A stretch of DNA of 27,222 nt from the NCBI GenBank assembly GCA_040767965.1, contig JAXGNR010000017.1:1-27222 (forward strand). Direction: 5' to 3'. The stretch comes from Atribacterota bacterium (lineage in GTDB: Bacteria; Atribacterota; Phoenicimicrobiia; Phoenicimicrobiales; Stramentimicrobiaceae). A program made the position numbers and the translations under genes. This document shows positions 26,607-27,222 of this stretch, one piece after another; position 1 is the first letter of the stretch; the number at the start of each line of letters is the position of its first letter. Below the pieces are notes generated by a model. It did not search any database. It worked only from the letters and a program-made list of their open reading frames with translations, and was not told where the DNA came from.

Positions 26607-27134
26607 CAAATTTTACTTGCAGCATTGACTGTTGCTGTTTTTTACCAACAGGGTGGATTTTTGTATTTCGACTCGATACAACATACTCGATACACGATAC
26701 GATTTCAAAAAGCTTGAAAGGAATGCCTTTTATGCAACACTGGAAAACTGGAAGGATGCAAAAATGGTAAATAAATAAAATATAACATAGAAATCCAGGT
26801 CTTTTAAAAAGTCATTATTCCAATATTGCAGCTTTCCATCATTGCTAAATATACCCCTAGGATTATTTTTACTGAAAAACGAAAACCGATAACTGAAAAC
26901 TTTCCCCAACCTCTGGAACTCTGTTCCCTAAAGTGTTAAAATAATAAAATAGTATAAAAATAAATAAACAAATAGCAGCATTCAGCCAGCACCAAAAACC
27001 CAACAAAATTCACAGCAAGAAACGCAGAAATTTTTACCCTCTCTTTTTTTGCCTGTAATAGGAAAGAAAGAATTAATAAGAGTTAATCCTATGTCTTATG
27101 AGAATATAACTAAGGGAAGTAATAACAAATACTA

Positions 27135-27222
27135 ATGAAAAATTTTATTACAAACAGCTCTTATGTAAGGCTCAAAAAACGGATCATTGATTTAATTGAA
27201 AAATCTGATGAACTCAAATTTT
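27135..27222 (+). CDS. Partial CDS, probable N-terminus of a PLD-nuclease/SNF2-type helicase
   Basis: Open to the window end: MKNFITNSSYVRLKKRIIDLIEKSDELKF; resembles the FITN...LI..S.ELKFLVG N-terminus I recall for such helicases; only 29 aa visible. Confidence 0.45.
   Translation, partial: MKNFITNSSYVRLKKRIIDLIEKSDELKF

Noticed and set aside
26555-26770. 71-aa ORF
   Set aside because: Runs through repeat B, heptamer and octamer arrays; TTG start, no RBS

Overview
AT-rich bacterial window. Gene content and style suggest an uncultured anaerobe such as Atribacterota/JS1, which is inference only. The left ~20 kb is mostly ordinary cargo: a 2198-aa secreted multi-domain surface protein bracketed by REP-like repeats, a small secreted protein, a SAM methyltransferase, a DUF3160 protein, a frameshifted Memo-like/CapA fusion, a fasciclin lipoprotein, two paralogous SDR genes enclosing a 4Fe-4S membrane protein pair, a D-aminoacylase and a UspA. 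From ~20.5 kb the organisation changes into a cassette-like array on the + strand: DUF805 / AbrB-RelE-like TA / putative RHH-MazF TA / HicAB / RhuM-Fic / start of a probable PLD-helicase. The three TA pairs each have a recognisable promoter. The modules are separated by noncoding spacers built from co-oriented palindromic repeats of two families, one with fixed flanks around a freely covarying hairpin, plus many 7-8 bp degenerate tandem arrays. No integrase, transposase, CRISPR, tRNA or rRNA was seen. All domain and family calls are from motif recognition by eye, not database searches.
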